Positions 16,867-25,325 of a stretch of DNA of 64,000 nucleotides are shown piece after piece. Each line of letters begins with the position of its first letter. Positions within the stretch are counted from its first letter, which is position 1. Below the pieces are notes generated by a model. That model ran no database searches. It was not told the DNA's origin and saw nothing but the letters and a program-made list of their open reading frames with translations. The stretch covers positions 780,908 to 844,907 of the forward strand of contig JAILWI010000001.1 of NCBI GenBank assembly GCA_025699005.1. Reading direction: 5' to 3'. The DNA is from Chloroflexota bacterium (GTDB taxonomy: Bacteria; Chloroflexota; Limnocylindria; QHBO01). A program made the translations under genes and the position numbers.

Positions 16867-18455
16867 GCGAGGGAGGCCCGCTCGACGAGCGCCTCGCCAG
16901 GCTGCGGGACGCGGTCGAGGCGGCGCGTTCGATCGGCCTCGAGCCGGAGGCGGCCGCCGCCCGAACGGTGACGCGCCGTGTCGGCCGTCGCGCGGGATTC
17001 GGCGGGGAGCTGTACGTCATGGCCCTCGCCGGCGGCACCGGGGTCGGAAAGTCGTCGGTGCTCAACGCCCTCGCGGGAGAGACGGTGAGCGAGGTCCGTG
17101 CCGTGCGTCCCACGACGGATCGGCCGCTGGCCTGGGTCGGGGGCACGCGTCGTGACGAGGTCGCTCCACTCCTCGAGTGGCTCAAGGTCGAGCAGGTGGT
17201 GACCCACGACCGGCCCGATCTCGGGGACATCGCCGTGCTCGACCTGCCCGACATCGACTCGGTTCGCGGCGAGCACCGCGCGCTCGTCGACACGCTCCTG
17301 CCGCGGATCGATGCCGTGACCTGGATCGTCGATCCGGAGAAGTACGACGACGAGCGCGTGCACGCCTACTGGCGGACCCTCGCCCTCCACGCCGATCGGC
17401 TCCGCTTCGTCCTCAACAAGTCGGATCGCCTGACCGAGGAGGAGGCGCACCTGGTCGCCGATGACCTCCGCGCCCGCCTGGTCGCCGATGGCATCCCGCG
17501 GCCGGCCCTCCACGTCGTGTCCGCGATTCGGGGCGACGGGATCGATCGGCTGCGGTCCGACCTCGCCGAGGCGGCGCACGCCAAGGTCATCGTGTCGGCC
17601 AAGCTCGAGGCCGACCGCGCCGAGGCGGCGAAGGAGCTCGCCGCGTCGGTCGGGATCGAGCCCGAGGACGGCTATCAGCCGCTCCTTCGCCATGACCGTC
17701 GCGAGGCGCTCGTGCGCGAGGCGATCGCCGGCGCGATGACGCTCGTCGACCCCGACGGCGTCGGACGTCAGGTCCGGGCGCAGGTGCTGCATCGCGCGCG
17801 CATGGGGGGCGGCTCGTTCGTGGGGAGGGTCACCCAGCTCGGCTGGCGGCTCATCGGGGGGCAACGCCGCAACGCCGATCCCTCGGCGTATCTCCTCGCC
17901 TGGCGTACGCGCGGCGCGCTGGGACGCGTCCTCAACCCGGTCCGCGCCGCCCTCGTGGAGGCCGCGGCCGCCGTGCCAGCCGAGAGCCGGGGCCGGATCC
18001 TCGATGCGCTCGGCGCCCCCTCCGCGGAGCGCGATCTCGACGCGGTGCTCGATCGGGCCACCCAGGCCGAGGCATCGGGTCTCGAGCCTCCCGAGTCGCT
18101 GGTCTGGCCGGTGCTCGGCGCCGCGCAGGTCGTCGCGGGCGCGCTGGTCCTGTTCGCCGTCGCCTGGCTGGTCACGCTGTTCGTGGCCGGCGGCAGCATC
18201 CCGGTCGACTCGGTCGGGGTCCCGATCCTCGGTCCGATCCCGATGCCGCTGGCCGTTCTCGTCGGCGGGCTCCTGCTCGGCGCCCTGCTGACGTGGCTGC
18301 TCCAGCTGCACGCCGGGTACGTCGGGCGATCGATGGCACGCGAGATCGAGGAGCGGACCGCGGACACGGTGCGGGCGGCGGTCGTCACCGATGGCCTCGC
18401 CGGCCTCGAGCGCGTCGAAGCGGCGCGCCGGACGATCGCCGCCGCCCTCGACTAG
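16863..18455 (+). CDS. Dynamin-like large GTPase with C-terminal membrane hairpin (membrane partner)
   Basis: GTG start overlaps the upstream stop (GTGA). P-loop LAGGTGVGKSSVLNALAG, then VLDLPDIDS and NKSD (G4). Two adjacent TM helices lie near the C-terminus (VWPVLGAAQVVAGALVLFAVAWLVTLFVAGG...PMPLAVLVGGLLLGALLTWLL). Confidence 0.75.
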   Translation: MSEGGPLDERLARLRDAVEAARSIGLEPEAAAARTVTRRVGRRAGFGGELYVMALAGGTGVGKSSVLNALAGETVSEVRAVRPTTDRPLAWVGGTRRDEVAPLLEWLKVEQVVTHDRPDLGDIAVLDLPDIDSVRGEHRALVDTLLPRIDAVTWIVDPEKYDDERVHAYWRTLALHADRLRFVLNKSDRLTEEEAHLVADDLRARLVADGIPRPALHVVSAIRGDGIDRLRSDLAEAAHAKVIVSAKLEADRAEAAKELAASVGIEPEDGYQPLLRHDRREALVREAIAGAMTLVDPDGVGRQVRAQVLHRARMGGGSFVGRVTQLGWRLIGGQRRNADPSAYLLAWRTRGALGRVLNPVRAALVEAAAAVPAESRGRILDALGAPSAERDLDAVLDRATQAEASGLEPPESLVWPVLGAAQVVAGALVLFAVAWLVTLFVAGGSIPVDSVGVPILGPIPMPLAVLVGGLLLGALLTWLLQLHAGYVGRSMAREIEERTADTVRAAVVTDGLAGLERVEAARRTIAAALD

Positions 18456-18482
18456 CGCATCGGCCCGCGAGAGACAGCAAGA

Positions 18483-18512
18483 ACGGCGGCCGTCCCGGGG
18501 GACGACCGCCGT
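18483..18512. terminator. GC-rich hairpin ACGGCGGCCGTC-ccgggg-GACGaCCGCCGT between convergent genes
   Basis: 11 of 12 bp pair in the stem, with a 6-nt loop. It lies 28 nt after the GTPase stop (18455) and 17 nt before the convergent His-rich gene stop (18529). Confidence 0.35.
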
Positions 18513-18528
18513 GAGAGTCGGACGCTGG

Positions 18529-18927
18529 TCAGATGCCGGGCTCGTTCCGGTCGGTCCCGACCGTGCCGTCCTCGTCGACCATGCCGGAATGGCCCGATGC
18601 GGCGTCGCCGCGGGTCATCGGGGCGTCGGCGGTGGCGGTGCCGGTGGTCGCGGGCTCGGCGACCGAGCCTCGGCCGAGGGCCGCATCGGCATCGGCATCG
18701 GTGTCGGAGGCCGCATAGTCGGGCCCGGCCGGCCGATTGTCGACGTCGTCGCGCATCGTGGAGCCAGGCGTGGAGACGACCTCCTCGTGGGCATCTCCCG
18801 CGTGGTCGTGCCCGGCGTGATCCGAATGATCGGCGTGATCCGAGTGATCGGTGTGATCGTCGTGGCCGCCCATTCCGAGCGCGTTCTTGACCTTGTCGAT
18901 GATCGATTCGTTCTCGTGGTGCGTCAT
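18529..18927 (-). CDS. Histidine/aspartate-repeat acidic protein (putative metal-binding)
   Basis: Start is at MTHHENESIIDKVKNALGMGGHDDHTDHSDHADHSDHAGHDHAGDAHEE (ATG 18927, preceded by GGGGAGAA). An acidic tail follows. Confidence 0.5.
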   Translation of the reverse strand: MTHHENESIIDKVKNALGMGGHDDHTDHSDHADHSDHAGHDHAGDAHEEVVSTPGSTMRDDVDNRPAGPDYAASDTDADADAALGRGSVAEPATTGTATADAPMTRGDAASGHSGMVDEDGTVGTDRNEPGI

Positions 18928-19001
18928 GGATCGGTTCTCCCCGTGTGAAGCAGTGGTCACCCGACCCCATGCACATCTCGGGCCGCGACCCGCAGCCACG
19001 C

Positions 19002-20951
19002 TCAACCCGCGCGGACGATCTCGAGGATCTCCGGGCCATACGTCGCGACCTTGCGCTGGCCGATGCCGGGCACGGCCAGGAGGCCGTCCTCGTCGGTCGG
19101 ACGTCGCGCCGCGATCGCCGCGAGGGTCTTGTTGTCGGCAACGACGTAGGCCGGCACGACATCTGCCCTGGCACGCTCCCGCCGCCAGGCGATGAGCTTC
19201 TCGAGCAGGGGCTCGTCGGCGTCCGACAGCTCGAACGTCACCGGCTCCTTGCGGAACTTCGGTCGAGCCTCCCGGGTCGCCGCACCCGGGCGCAGCTCAC
19301 CGAGGAACCTCGACGGCTGGGTCCGCGCCGGACCACGTGAGCCCGAGCGAGACAGTGCCCACGACAGCGCGAGGTGACGTCGAGCCCGGGTGATCCCGAC
19401 GTAGAGCAGGCGCCGCTCCTCCGCCAGCGCCGTCGGGTCGGACGCCTGGCGGATCGGCAGGGTGCCCTCCTCGAGCTGGGGCAGGAAGACGGCGTCCCAC
19501 TCGAGCCCCTTGGCACGGTGGAGCGTGGAGAGCGTCACGCCATCGCCTGCGGCCTCGGCCTCCGCAGCATCCCGGCGCTCGAGCTCGGAGGTGAAGTCGG
19601 CAACCGTCACATCCGGACGCTCAGCCTCGAGGGAGCGGGCCATGCCCAGCAGGGTGGCGAGGGCGGCGTGCCGATCGCGCGCCTCGGCACCCGAGGCCGG
19701 ACCCGGGGGATCGGACTCGTCGAAGCCCAGCTCGCTGCGCCAGCGCGCCGCCACGGCGCGCGTCAGCCGCTCCGACGCGTCGGTGGTCCGCAGGGCCGAT
19801 CGCGCGGACCGCACCTCGGGGCGCGCGAAGAAGCGGACGCCGCGCACGGTGAATGGGATCTCGGCGGCCGTCAGCGCCGATTCGAAGTCGACGAGCTGCG
19901 CGTTCGTGCGGACGAGAATCGCGATCTCCGTGGCCGGCACGCCGCCGTCGATCAGCGTCCGGATGGTCGCCACGATCGCGGTGCGCTCGGCCTCGCCGTC
20001 GGGATGCGATCGCAGCTCGGGCCCCGGTCCCTCCGTGGCCCCGTCGGCGCGCAGCTCGCGGCCGGGGATCAGGCGGTTCGCCAGCTCGAGGACCTGCGGG
20101 GAGCTCCGGTAGTTCCGGCTCAGACGGACGACGCGCGCATCGGCATAGCGCTGCGCGAACGTCTCGAGGTATTCGCTCGTGGCGCCGGTGAAGCTATAGA
20201 TCGTCTGGTCCGGGTCCCCGACGACGCAGAGATCGCGCCGGTCACCGAGCCACAGCTGGAGCAGATCCTCCTGGAGCCGGTTCGTGTCCTGGTACTCGTC
20301 CACGCTGAACCATGCGTATCGCCGATGCACCAGGGCGCGGGCATCGGCGTCGGTCTCGTAGAGCTCGACGGCCAGCGTGAGCATGTCCTCGAAGTCGATC
20401 CGACCGGCGCGCGCCTTGCCCTGCTCGTAGCGGCGCCAGAGCGCGGTGAACACGTCGACCGGCACCGGCGGATCGCCATGGGGCACGTACGTGTCCGGGT
20501 TCATGCGCCGCACCTTGGCCCACTCGATCTCGTCGGCGAGGTCCTTGGCCGGGGTGAAGCGGTAGCCGCCGGGCAGGGCGCGCGCCATGGGGCCGATGAT
20601 CCGCAGCTTCGAATCGAGCACGTCCGGCAGCTCGCGTCCATGCAGCAGGGGCCAGTGGTAGGCCAGCTGCCGACGCGCGGCAGCGTGGAAGGTCGATGCC
20701 TGGACCTGCGGCAGGCCGAGGGCCGCGAGCCGGTGGCGCATCTCGGTCGCCGCCTTCTCGGTGAACGTCACGATCAGGGCCCGCTTCGGATCGATCGCGC
20801 CGGTCGCAGCCGCGTAGGCTGCCCGGTGGCTGATGACCCGCGTCTTGCCCGTGCCCGCGCCGGCGAGAATGGCCACCGGCCCGCTGACGGCCTGCGCGGC
20901 GGCTCGCTGTTCGTCGTTCAGCGCGGCAAGGATGGTCTCGGGGTCCACCAC
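19002..20951 (-). CDS. uvrD2: UvrD/PcrA-family ATP-dependent DNA helicase with C-terminal HRDC domain (UvrD2-like)
   Basis: Walker A AGAGTGKT and helicase motifs (VDEYQDTN, GDPDQTIYSFTGA, SRNYRS, VGITRAR) are present. The C-terminal LLEKLIAWRRERARADVVPAYVVADNKTLAAIAARRPTDEDGLLAVPGIGQRKVATYGPEILEIV is an HRDC fold, as in actinobacterial UvrD2. Confidence 0.85.
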   Translation of the reverse strand: MVDPETILAALNDEQRAAAQAVSGPVAILAGAGTGKTRVISHRAAYAAATGAIDPKRALIVTFTEKAATEMRHRLAALGLPQVQASTFHAAARRQLAYHWPLLHGRELPDVLDSKLRIIGPMARALPGGYRFTPAKDLADEIEWAKVRRMNPDTYVPHGDPPVPVDVFTALWRRYEQGKARAGRIDFEDMLTLAVELYETDADARALVHRRYAWFSVDEYQDTNRLQEDLLQLWLGDRRDLCVVGDPDQTIYSFTGATSEYLETFAQRYADARVVRLSRNYRSSPQVLELANRLIPGRELRADGATEGPGPELRSHPDGEAERTAIVATIRTLIDGGVPATEIAILVRTNAQLVDFESALTAAEIPFTVRGVRFFARPEVRSARSALRTTDASERLTRAVAARWRSELGFDESDPPGPASGAEARDRHAALATLLGMARSLEAERPDVTVADFTSELERRDAAEAEAAGDGVTLSTLHRAKGLEWDAVFLPQLEEGTLPIRQASDPTALAEERRLLYVGITRARRHLALSWALSRSGSRGPARTQPSRFLGELRPGAATREARPKFRKEPVTFELSDADEPLLEKLIAWRRERARADVVPAYVVADNKTLAAIAARRPTDEDGLLAVPGIGQRKVATYGPEILEIVRAG

Positions 20952-20968
20952 CCGATGGTAGCGGTGGA

Positions 20969-22003
20969 TCAGTTATCGAGGATTTCGTACTCCATCCAGA
21001 CGAACGTCGCCCGGCAGTCGAGGACGACGCGGGCCGGCTGCGGCAGGGTCGGGGACTCCGCGTCCTCGCCGGCCGTCGCACGGCACGAGGTCGCCGCGGG
21101 GTCCTCGAAGTGGCCTCGAACGCGGACCCGGTCGCCCTCCTCCGGTGCCTCGAGGTCCGACTCGGGCAACGGGTGATAGCCGACGTTCGTCGCCAGGAAC
21201 AGCTCGGGGTTCGGATCGGCCAGCCACGAGGGGCTGAACACGATGGGAGGATCTTCGTCGGGCTCGCGGCGCTGGACGGTGCCGGTGACCGTCAGCTCGC
21301 TGCGGCCGTAGCAGTGGAGGGCCTCGAGCGGGGGGACGGCTGCGAGCTCGTCCGCCGTCATCGGGGATGAGGGACAGCTCACGTCGGCCTGCTCGATCGT
21401 CGGATCCACGTCGGCGATCGGCGTGGAGACCCAGCCGATGAGGCGACAGTCGTCGCTGCAGCCCGCTTCATCGAGGGTTCCGACACGGTACCAGCGCAGC
21501 TCGCCGTTCTCCTCCGGCTCGCCGATGACGAACAGGCGCCGTCCTGCACCGAGCTCGGCGAGCACGGCCGACGTGTCGTTCGCGTTCGCACGGAGCGTCA
21601 CCGCCTCGACGGCGACCTCCGCGACGGAGCGGTTCGCGATCGGCGCCGCGGTGGGAGTTGGGCTCGGGGTGGGGGAGGTCGACGGCTCCTCGGAGACCGA
21701 CGCCGTCGCTGCCGCCGACGCGGGCAGGCTCGGCGAGGTGCTGGGCTCGGTCGCCACCGGGTCGCGTGCGCCGTTCAGCGCGATCGAGAGGAGCGCGCCA
21801 CCGGCAACGGACGCGAGCCCGCCGGCGATGATCGCCGGCACGACCCATGGCGCCCGCCGTCGCGCGCGCCGCGGCCGCACGGGGGCGAGCGCGGGACCGT
21901 TCTGGACGAGCCCGCATTCGGGGCAGTACGTCGCGCCGTGTGACACGTCCGCGCCGCACCGCCGGCAGGTGCGGGGATGCTCGGGTGGTGGCGGGTTGGT
22001 CAT
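20969..22003 (-). CDS. Zinc-ribbon / single-TM membrane protein (hypothetical), immediately upstream of uvrD2
   Basis: N-terminal CRRCGADVSHGATYCPECG (CxxC...CxxC). TM segment VVPAIIAGGLASVAGGALLSIAL. Then a Ser/Pro/Thr linker and a ~200-aa extracytoplasmic domain with 4 Cys. Confidence 0.55.
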   Translation of the reverse strand: MTNPPPPEHPRTCRRCGADVSHGATYCPECGLVQNGPALAPVRPRRARRRAPWVVPAIIAGGLASVAGGALLSIALNGARDPVATEPSTSPSLPASAAATASVSEEPSTSPTPSPTPTAAPIANRSVAEVAVEAVTLRANANDTSAVLAELGAGRRLFVIGEPEENGELRWYRVGTLDEAGCSDDCRLIGWVSTPIADVDPTIEQADVSCPSSPMTADELAAVPPLEALHCYGRSELTVTGTVQRREPDEDPPIVFSPSWLADPNPELFLATNVGYHPLPESDLEAPEEGDRVRVRGHFEDPAATSCRATAGEDAESPTLPQPARVVLDCRATFVWMEYEILDN

Positions 22004-22072
22004 CGGCTCCCCTGGTGACGATCGGCCCCATCCTGCCGTGGGTTCGGCTCGATGTCACCCTACTAGACTGGG

Positions 22073-22446
22073 CCGATGACGAACCTCGCCGATCTCGCCG
22101 ATCTACCACCGACCCAGGTCTGGGAGGGGATTCGCGCCCGTCGCGTGCAGGGCGAGAAGGTGACCTGGCCGTGGTCGAGCTCGATCCGGATGCGGTCGTC
22201 CCCGAGCACACGCACGCCAGCGAGCAGAACGGGATGGTCCTGACCGGCCGGATGACGTTCAGGATCGCCGATGAGGAGCGCGAGCTCGGTCCCGGCGGCA
22301 CGTGGCGGATCCTCGGCGATGTGCCGCACTCCGCCGTGGCAGGCCCGGATGGCGCCGTGGTGATCGACGTCTTCAGCCCGATCCGCACCGACTGGGATGA
22401 ACTCCCGGCGCTGCCGGTCGACGCGCCCCGCTGGCCCTCGGACTGA
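22073..22446 (+). pseudogene. Cupin-domain protein gene disrupted by a 1-nt frameshift (or sequencing error) near 22160
   Basis: Frame A from ATG 22073 reads MTNLADLADLPPTQVWEGIRARRVQGEKVTW.. and terminates. Frame B continues ..DLAVVELDPDAVVPEHTHASEQNGMVLTGRMTFRIADEERELGPGGTWRILGDVPHSAV... (cupin core). A single missing base in GACC-TGG would restore GEKVTLAVVELDP. Confidence 0.5.
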
Positions 22447-22485
22447 GCTGGTAGGCGGCCGAGCTCGCGCCGGGCCGACCCCGGG

Positions 22486-23595
22486 TCAGTGCCAGTCGGG
22501 CCGCCGGTCGCGGTCGCCGGTGAAGCGGGCCTGCCGGACGCTCGGACGCAGCCACCTCGGGATGTCCGCCTCCTCGGGTGGCGTCTCGCTCCGCTCGTCG
22601 TCACCGCCGAGGAGCGCCGCGTCGATCGGCGGAATGAGCTCCCGCATCGCCGGCAGCGGGGTCACGTGATAGTCGTCGGAGCTGCTCTGGCCATCGCCGG
22701 GCGCAAGCACCGGGGCCGCCATGGCCGGGCTGGCCGGCGCCGGATGGCGGCGCCGTCGCGCGCCGACGAGGACGAGCGTGAACAGGCCGCCGGCGATCGC
22801 CGCGAGGAGCGCCACCGATCCCTCGGGCGGCTCGAAGGCAGCCGCCGCGATCGGCGCGGGTGTCGGCGACGGAGAGGCGGCGCCCGGCGACGGAGCTCCC
22901 GAGGCGGGTGGCACAGCCGCCGGGCTCACGCTCGGGTCGACTGACGGCGTCGGGGCGCCGGCTGACGGCGCGGGCGACGCCGGGGCCGATGCCGAGGGAG
23001 CCACCGACGCGGGCACCGGGGGAGCCGTCGAGGCAGGGTTCGCCGATGGCTGCGCGGCGGGCGGCTGCTGCGGTGCCGCCGGGGGCGCGGTCGGTGAGGA
23101 AGCAGCCGGTGGGGCTGTCGGAGGCGAGGTGGGTGGCGGAGTGGGCGCCGGCGTGGGTGTGGGCTGGGGCGTCGGCGGCGGTGCCGGCGGCCGGATGATG
23201 ACCGAGGCGGGGGAGACGCTGGTGAGGGTGGCCGACTGCTCGCCGCGGCCCGACCCGCTGGTGGCGGCGAACGAGTAGGTGTGCGTTCCGGGCGGCAGCG
23301 TGAGCGCGCGCGAGAAGACCACGCCCGCGGCGTAGGAGGTCTGGTTCGAGCTCATGACGATCGTGCCGACACCGGGGATCCGAAGCGTGATCGACGTCGG
23401 GGCGCAGTTCGCGTTGTCGGTGTAGCGGACCGTGAACGTCACGACCGTCGAGGTCGTACCCGCGGCCGGGCTCGCCGTGCCGTCGGACAGCGTGAGCTGG
23501 TGCGACGCCCCCTGGCAGCTCGCGGCGAGCGCGGGCGAGGTGGTCGACAGCAACACCGCCAGGGCGACGACGAGGCCGATCGAGAGGCGCTTCAT
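22486..23595 (-). CDS. Secreted Pro/Ala-rich single-pass membrane protein, paralog B of 7916..8977
   Basis: Start is at MKRLSIGLVVALAVLLSTTSPALA (signal peptide). AASCQGASHQLTLS, VVTFTVRYTDNANCAPTSITL and TYSFAATSGSGRGEQSATLTSVSPASVIIRPP align with paralog A. Pro-rich linker, TM (LLAAIAGGLFTLVLV), and tail ending IPRWLRPSVRQARFTG. Confidence 0.6.
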   Translation of the reverse strand: MKRLSIGLVVALAVLLSTTSPALAASCQGASHQLTLSDGTASPAAGTTSTVVTFTVRYTDNANCAPTSITLRIPGVGTIVMSSNQTSYAAGVVFSRALTLPPGTHTYSFAATSGSGRGEQSATLTSVSPASVIIRPPAPPPTPQPTPTPAPTPPPTSPPTAPPAASSPTAPPAAPQQPPAAQPSANPASTAPPVPASVAPSASAPASPAPSAGAPTPSVDPSVSPAAVPPASGAPSPGAASPSPTPAPIAAAAFEPPEGSVALLAAIAGGLFTLVLVGARRRRHPAPASPAMAAPVLAPGDGQSSSDDYHVTPLPAMRELIPPIDAALLGGDDERSETPPEEADIPRWLRPSVRQARFTGDRDRRPDWH

Positions 23596-23755
23596 GGGCT
23601 CCGTGCGACTGAGACTTCCAGTTCCCCGTGGGACCGTAGCACCGGTGGTGGCCCTCTCCGGATGGTCCGAAGGTCCTGCTCGGAGGCGGGACGCTTGGTC
23701 GCCGATCGGGTGAGCGCGCGGGCTCCTTGGCCTTCTGCTTGCACTGCCCGCCGCC

Positions 23756-23983
23756 ATGGCCGATGCCGGCGTACAGCTAAGAATTCGGGTGATCGTCGGA
23801 TCGACGCGCGCGGCGCTGCGGAGCCTTCCCCCGGGGGACGCGCAGGTCCCGCAGGTCCTCAACCGGGGCCGTGAGCTCCTCGACGCGCTCCAGTCCGAGA
23901 CGGATGGGGTGTCGACCGAGCGCCAGCGCGCGTTCGACGCGGCGCGTGCCGAGATCGATGCCATGGCCGAGCGCCGAACGTAG
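23756..23983 (+). CDS. Small hypothetical ORF (start uncertain)
   Basis: 75-aa ORF in a 390-bp gap. The distal part has good GC3, but the first codons (CTA AGA ATT) are rare. Confidence 0.2.
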   Translation: MADAGVQLRIRVIVGSTRAALRSLPPGDAQVPQVLNRGRELLDALQSETDGVSTERQRAFDAARAEIDAMAERRT

Positions 23984-23986
23984 AGG

Positions 23987-24604
23987 TCAGCTCCGCCCGG
24001 GAGGCCGGCGCAGCATGAGCCAGCCATGGACATCCGTGCCGGGAAGCGTCAGCTCCTCCACGACGTCGAATCCCACCCGCTCGTAGAGCAGGACGTTGCG
24101 TCCCGTGGCCGTCTCGAGGTAGGCGGGGGTGCCATCGTGGTCGCAGCGCTCGAGCACGGGCTGCATGAGCGCGGTGCCGACGCCCTCGCCCTGCCGCTCC
24201 GGCTCGACGCCGAGCGCGGACAGGTAGAAGTGGTCGTCGGGAGCGTGGTGACGATGCCGTTCCTCCAGCGCGGCCATGGTGGCCGCGACCATGCGCAGGC
24301 GTCTCCACCCTGCGAGGCGCGCCATGGCCGGCAGCATCCGCAACGAGCCGATCACCGATGGCCCGCGGTCGCCCGGCGGCAGCCAGATCGCGACGCCGGC
24401 GTGATCCTCCGTCGTGTACGTCTCCCTCATTCCGGCCGACCCGTGGCGCAGAATGCCGCGCCATCCCTCGCGCATCCGCTGTCCGCGTTCGGGTGCGTCA
24501 CCGGCGAGGAAGCCGAAGAACGGGTCGTGGACGAATGCCCGCGCCAGGACTTCGGCGAGGACCGGGATCTCGCCGCGGGTCGCCCGCCGCACCGTGAACG
24601 GCAC
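23987..24604 (-). CDS. GNAT family N-acetyltransferase
   Basis: 205 aa. RQGEGVGTALMQPVLERCDHDGTPAYLETATGRNVLLYERVGF is the acetyl-CoA-binding motif A/B region. Confidence 0.8.
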   Translation of the reverse strand: MPFTVRRATRGEIPVLAEVLARAFVHDPFFGFLAGDAPERGQRMREGWRGILRHGSAGMRETYTTEDHAGVAIWLPPGDRGPSVIGSLRMLPAMARLAGWRRLRMVAATMAALEERHRHHAPDDHFYLSALGVEPERQGEGVGTALMQPVLERCDHDGTPAYLETATGRNVLLYERVGFDVVEELTLPGTDVHGWLMLRRPPGRS

Positions 24605-24606
24605 CT

Positions 24607-25269
24607 TCAGCTCCGCAGGTCGACGCGACGGTTCGGCGGCTCCGAGGACCCGGGAGCCAGCTCCACGAGGGCCCAGCCGGGCAGCGGTCCCCGACCGGGC
24701 GCGCCGCCGCTCGACAGGATTTCCGCCGTCCGGCGCACGAGGTCACGGGCCGCATCGCGCTCCTTCGGCGCGAGATCGGCGAGCAGGGCCGCCAGCCGGT
24801 CCTCGATGAGCCGGGTGGCAACGGCGGGGAGCAACCCGTCGCGGTCTCGGCGCACGACGGCCTCCGCATCGCCGACGCCGGTGGCCTCGAGCGCCGCGAT
24901 CAGGCGTCGCACCTCGCGCTTCTCGGCCGGATCCAGGTCATCGATCCAGGTGCGCGGCGGTGGCGGCGGAGGCGCCCGCCGCTTGCCGGACGATGACGCA
25001 CGCTTCGCTGCCGGGCGTTTCGGCGCGTTCGACGCGGATCGGTGCTCGCTGAGCGTGTTCCGAGCCGCCTTGAGCGTGCCATAGGGGCCGTGGATGAGCT
25101 CCTGGCCGAACTCGTTCGTGCGGTCGGTGTCGACCACGAACCAGCCCGCATCGGCCTCCCTGACCTCGAATCGGCCGTCCGCGGTCCGATAGGTGCCCGC
25201 CTGCTGACGCTCGAGCCGATCCGGATCGCTCGCGCCGTCGGCGCCGGAGGCGGCCTTCGTCCTCGCCAT
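24607..25269 (-). CDS. Hypothetical protein (two small domains joined by a basic/Pro-rich linker)
   Basis: 220 aa. It ends 2 bp upstream of the GNAT gene on the same strand. The linker KRPAAKRASSSGKRRAPPPPPPRT separates an N-terminal ~70-aa domain from a helical C-terminal domain. Confidence 0.5.
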   Translation of the reverse strand: MARTKAASGADGASDPDRLERQQAGTYRTADGRFEVREADAGWFVVDTDRTNEFGQELIHGPYGTLKAARNTLSEHRSASNAPKRPAAKRASSSGKRRAPPPPPPRTWIDDLDPAEKREVRRLIAALEATGVGDAEAVVRRDRDGLLPAVATRLIEDRLAALLADLAPKERDAARDLVRRTAEILSSGGAPGRGPLPGWALVELAPGSSEPPNRRVDLRS

Positions 25270-25325
25270 GCGGACAGGGTACCCCGCTCGGTCTCGCCGC
25301 TCGGGGGCGGTATCCTCGGGAGGAG

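Noticed and set aside
16392-18311. 639-aa minus-strand ORF
   Set aside because: Antisense to the second dynamin-like GTPase gene, with an Arg/Asp/Gly-rich composition. The plus-strand frame has P-loop and G-motifs.
19374-21176. 600-aa plus-strand ORF
   Set aside because: Antisense shadow of uvrD2 and the Zn-ribbon gene. No recognisable motifs.
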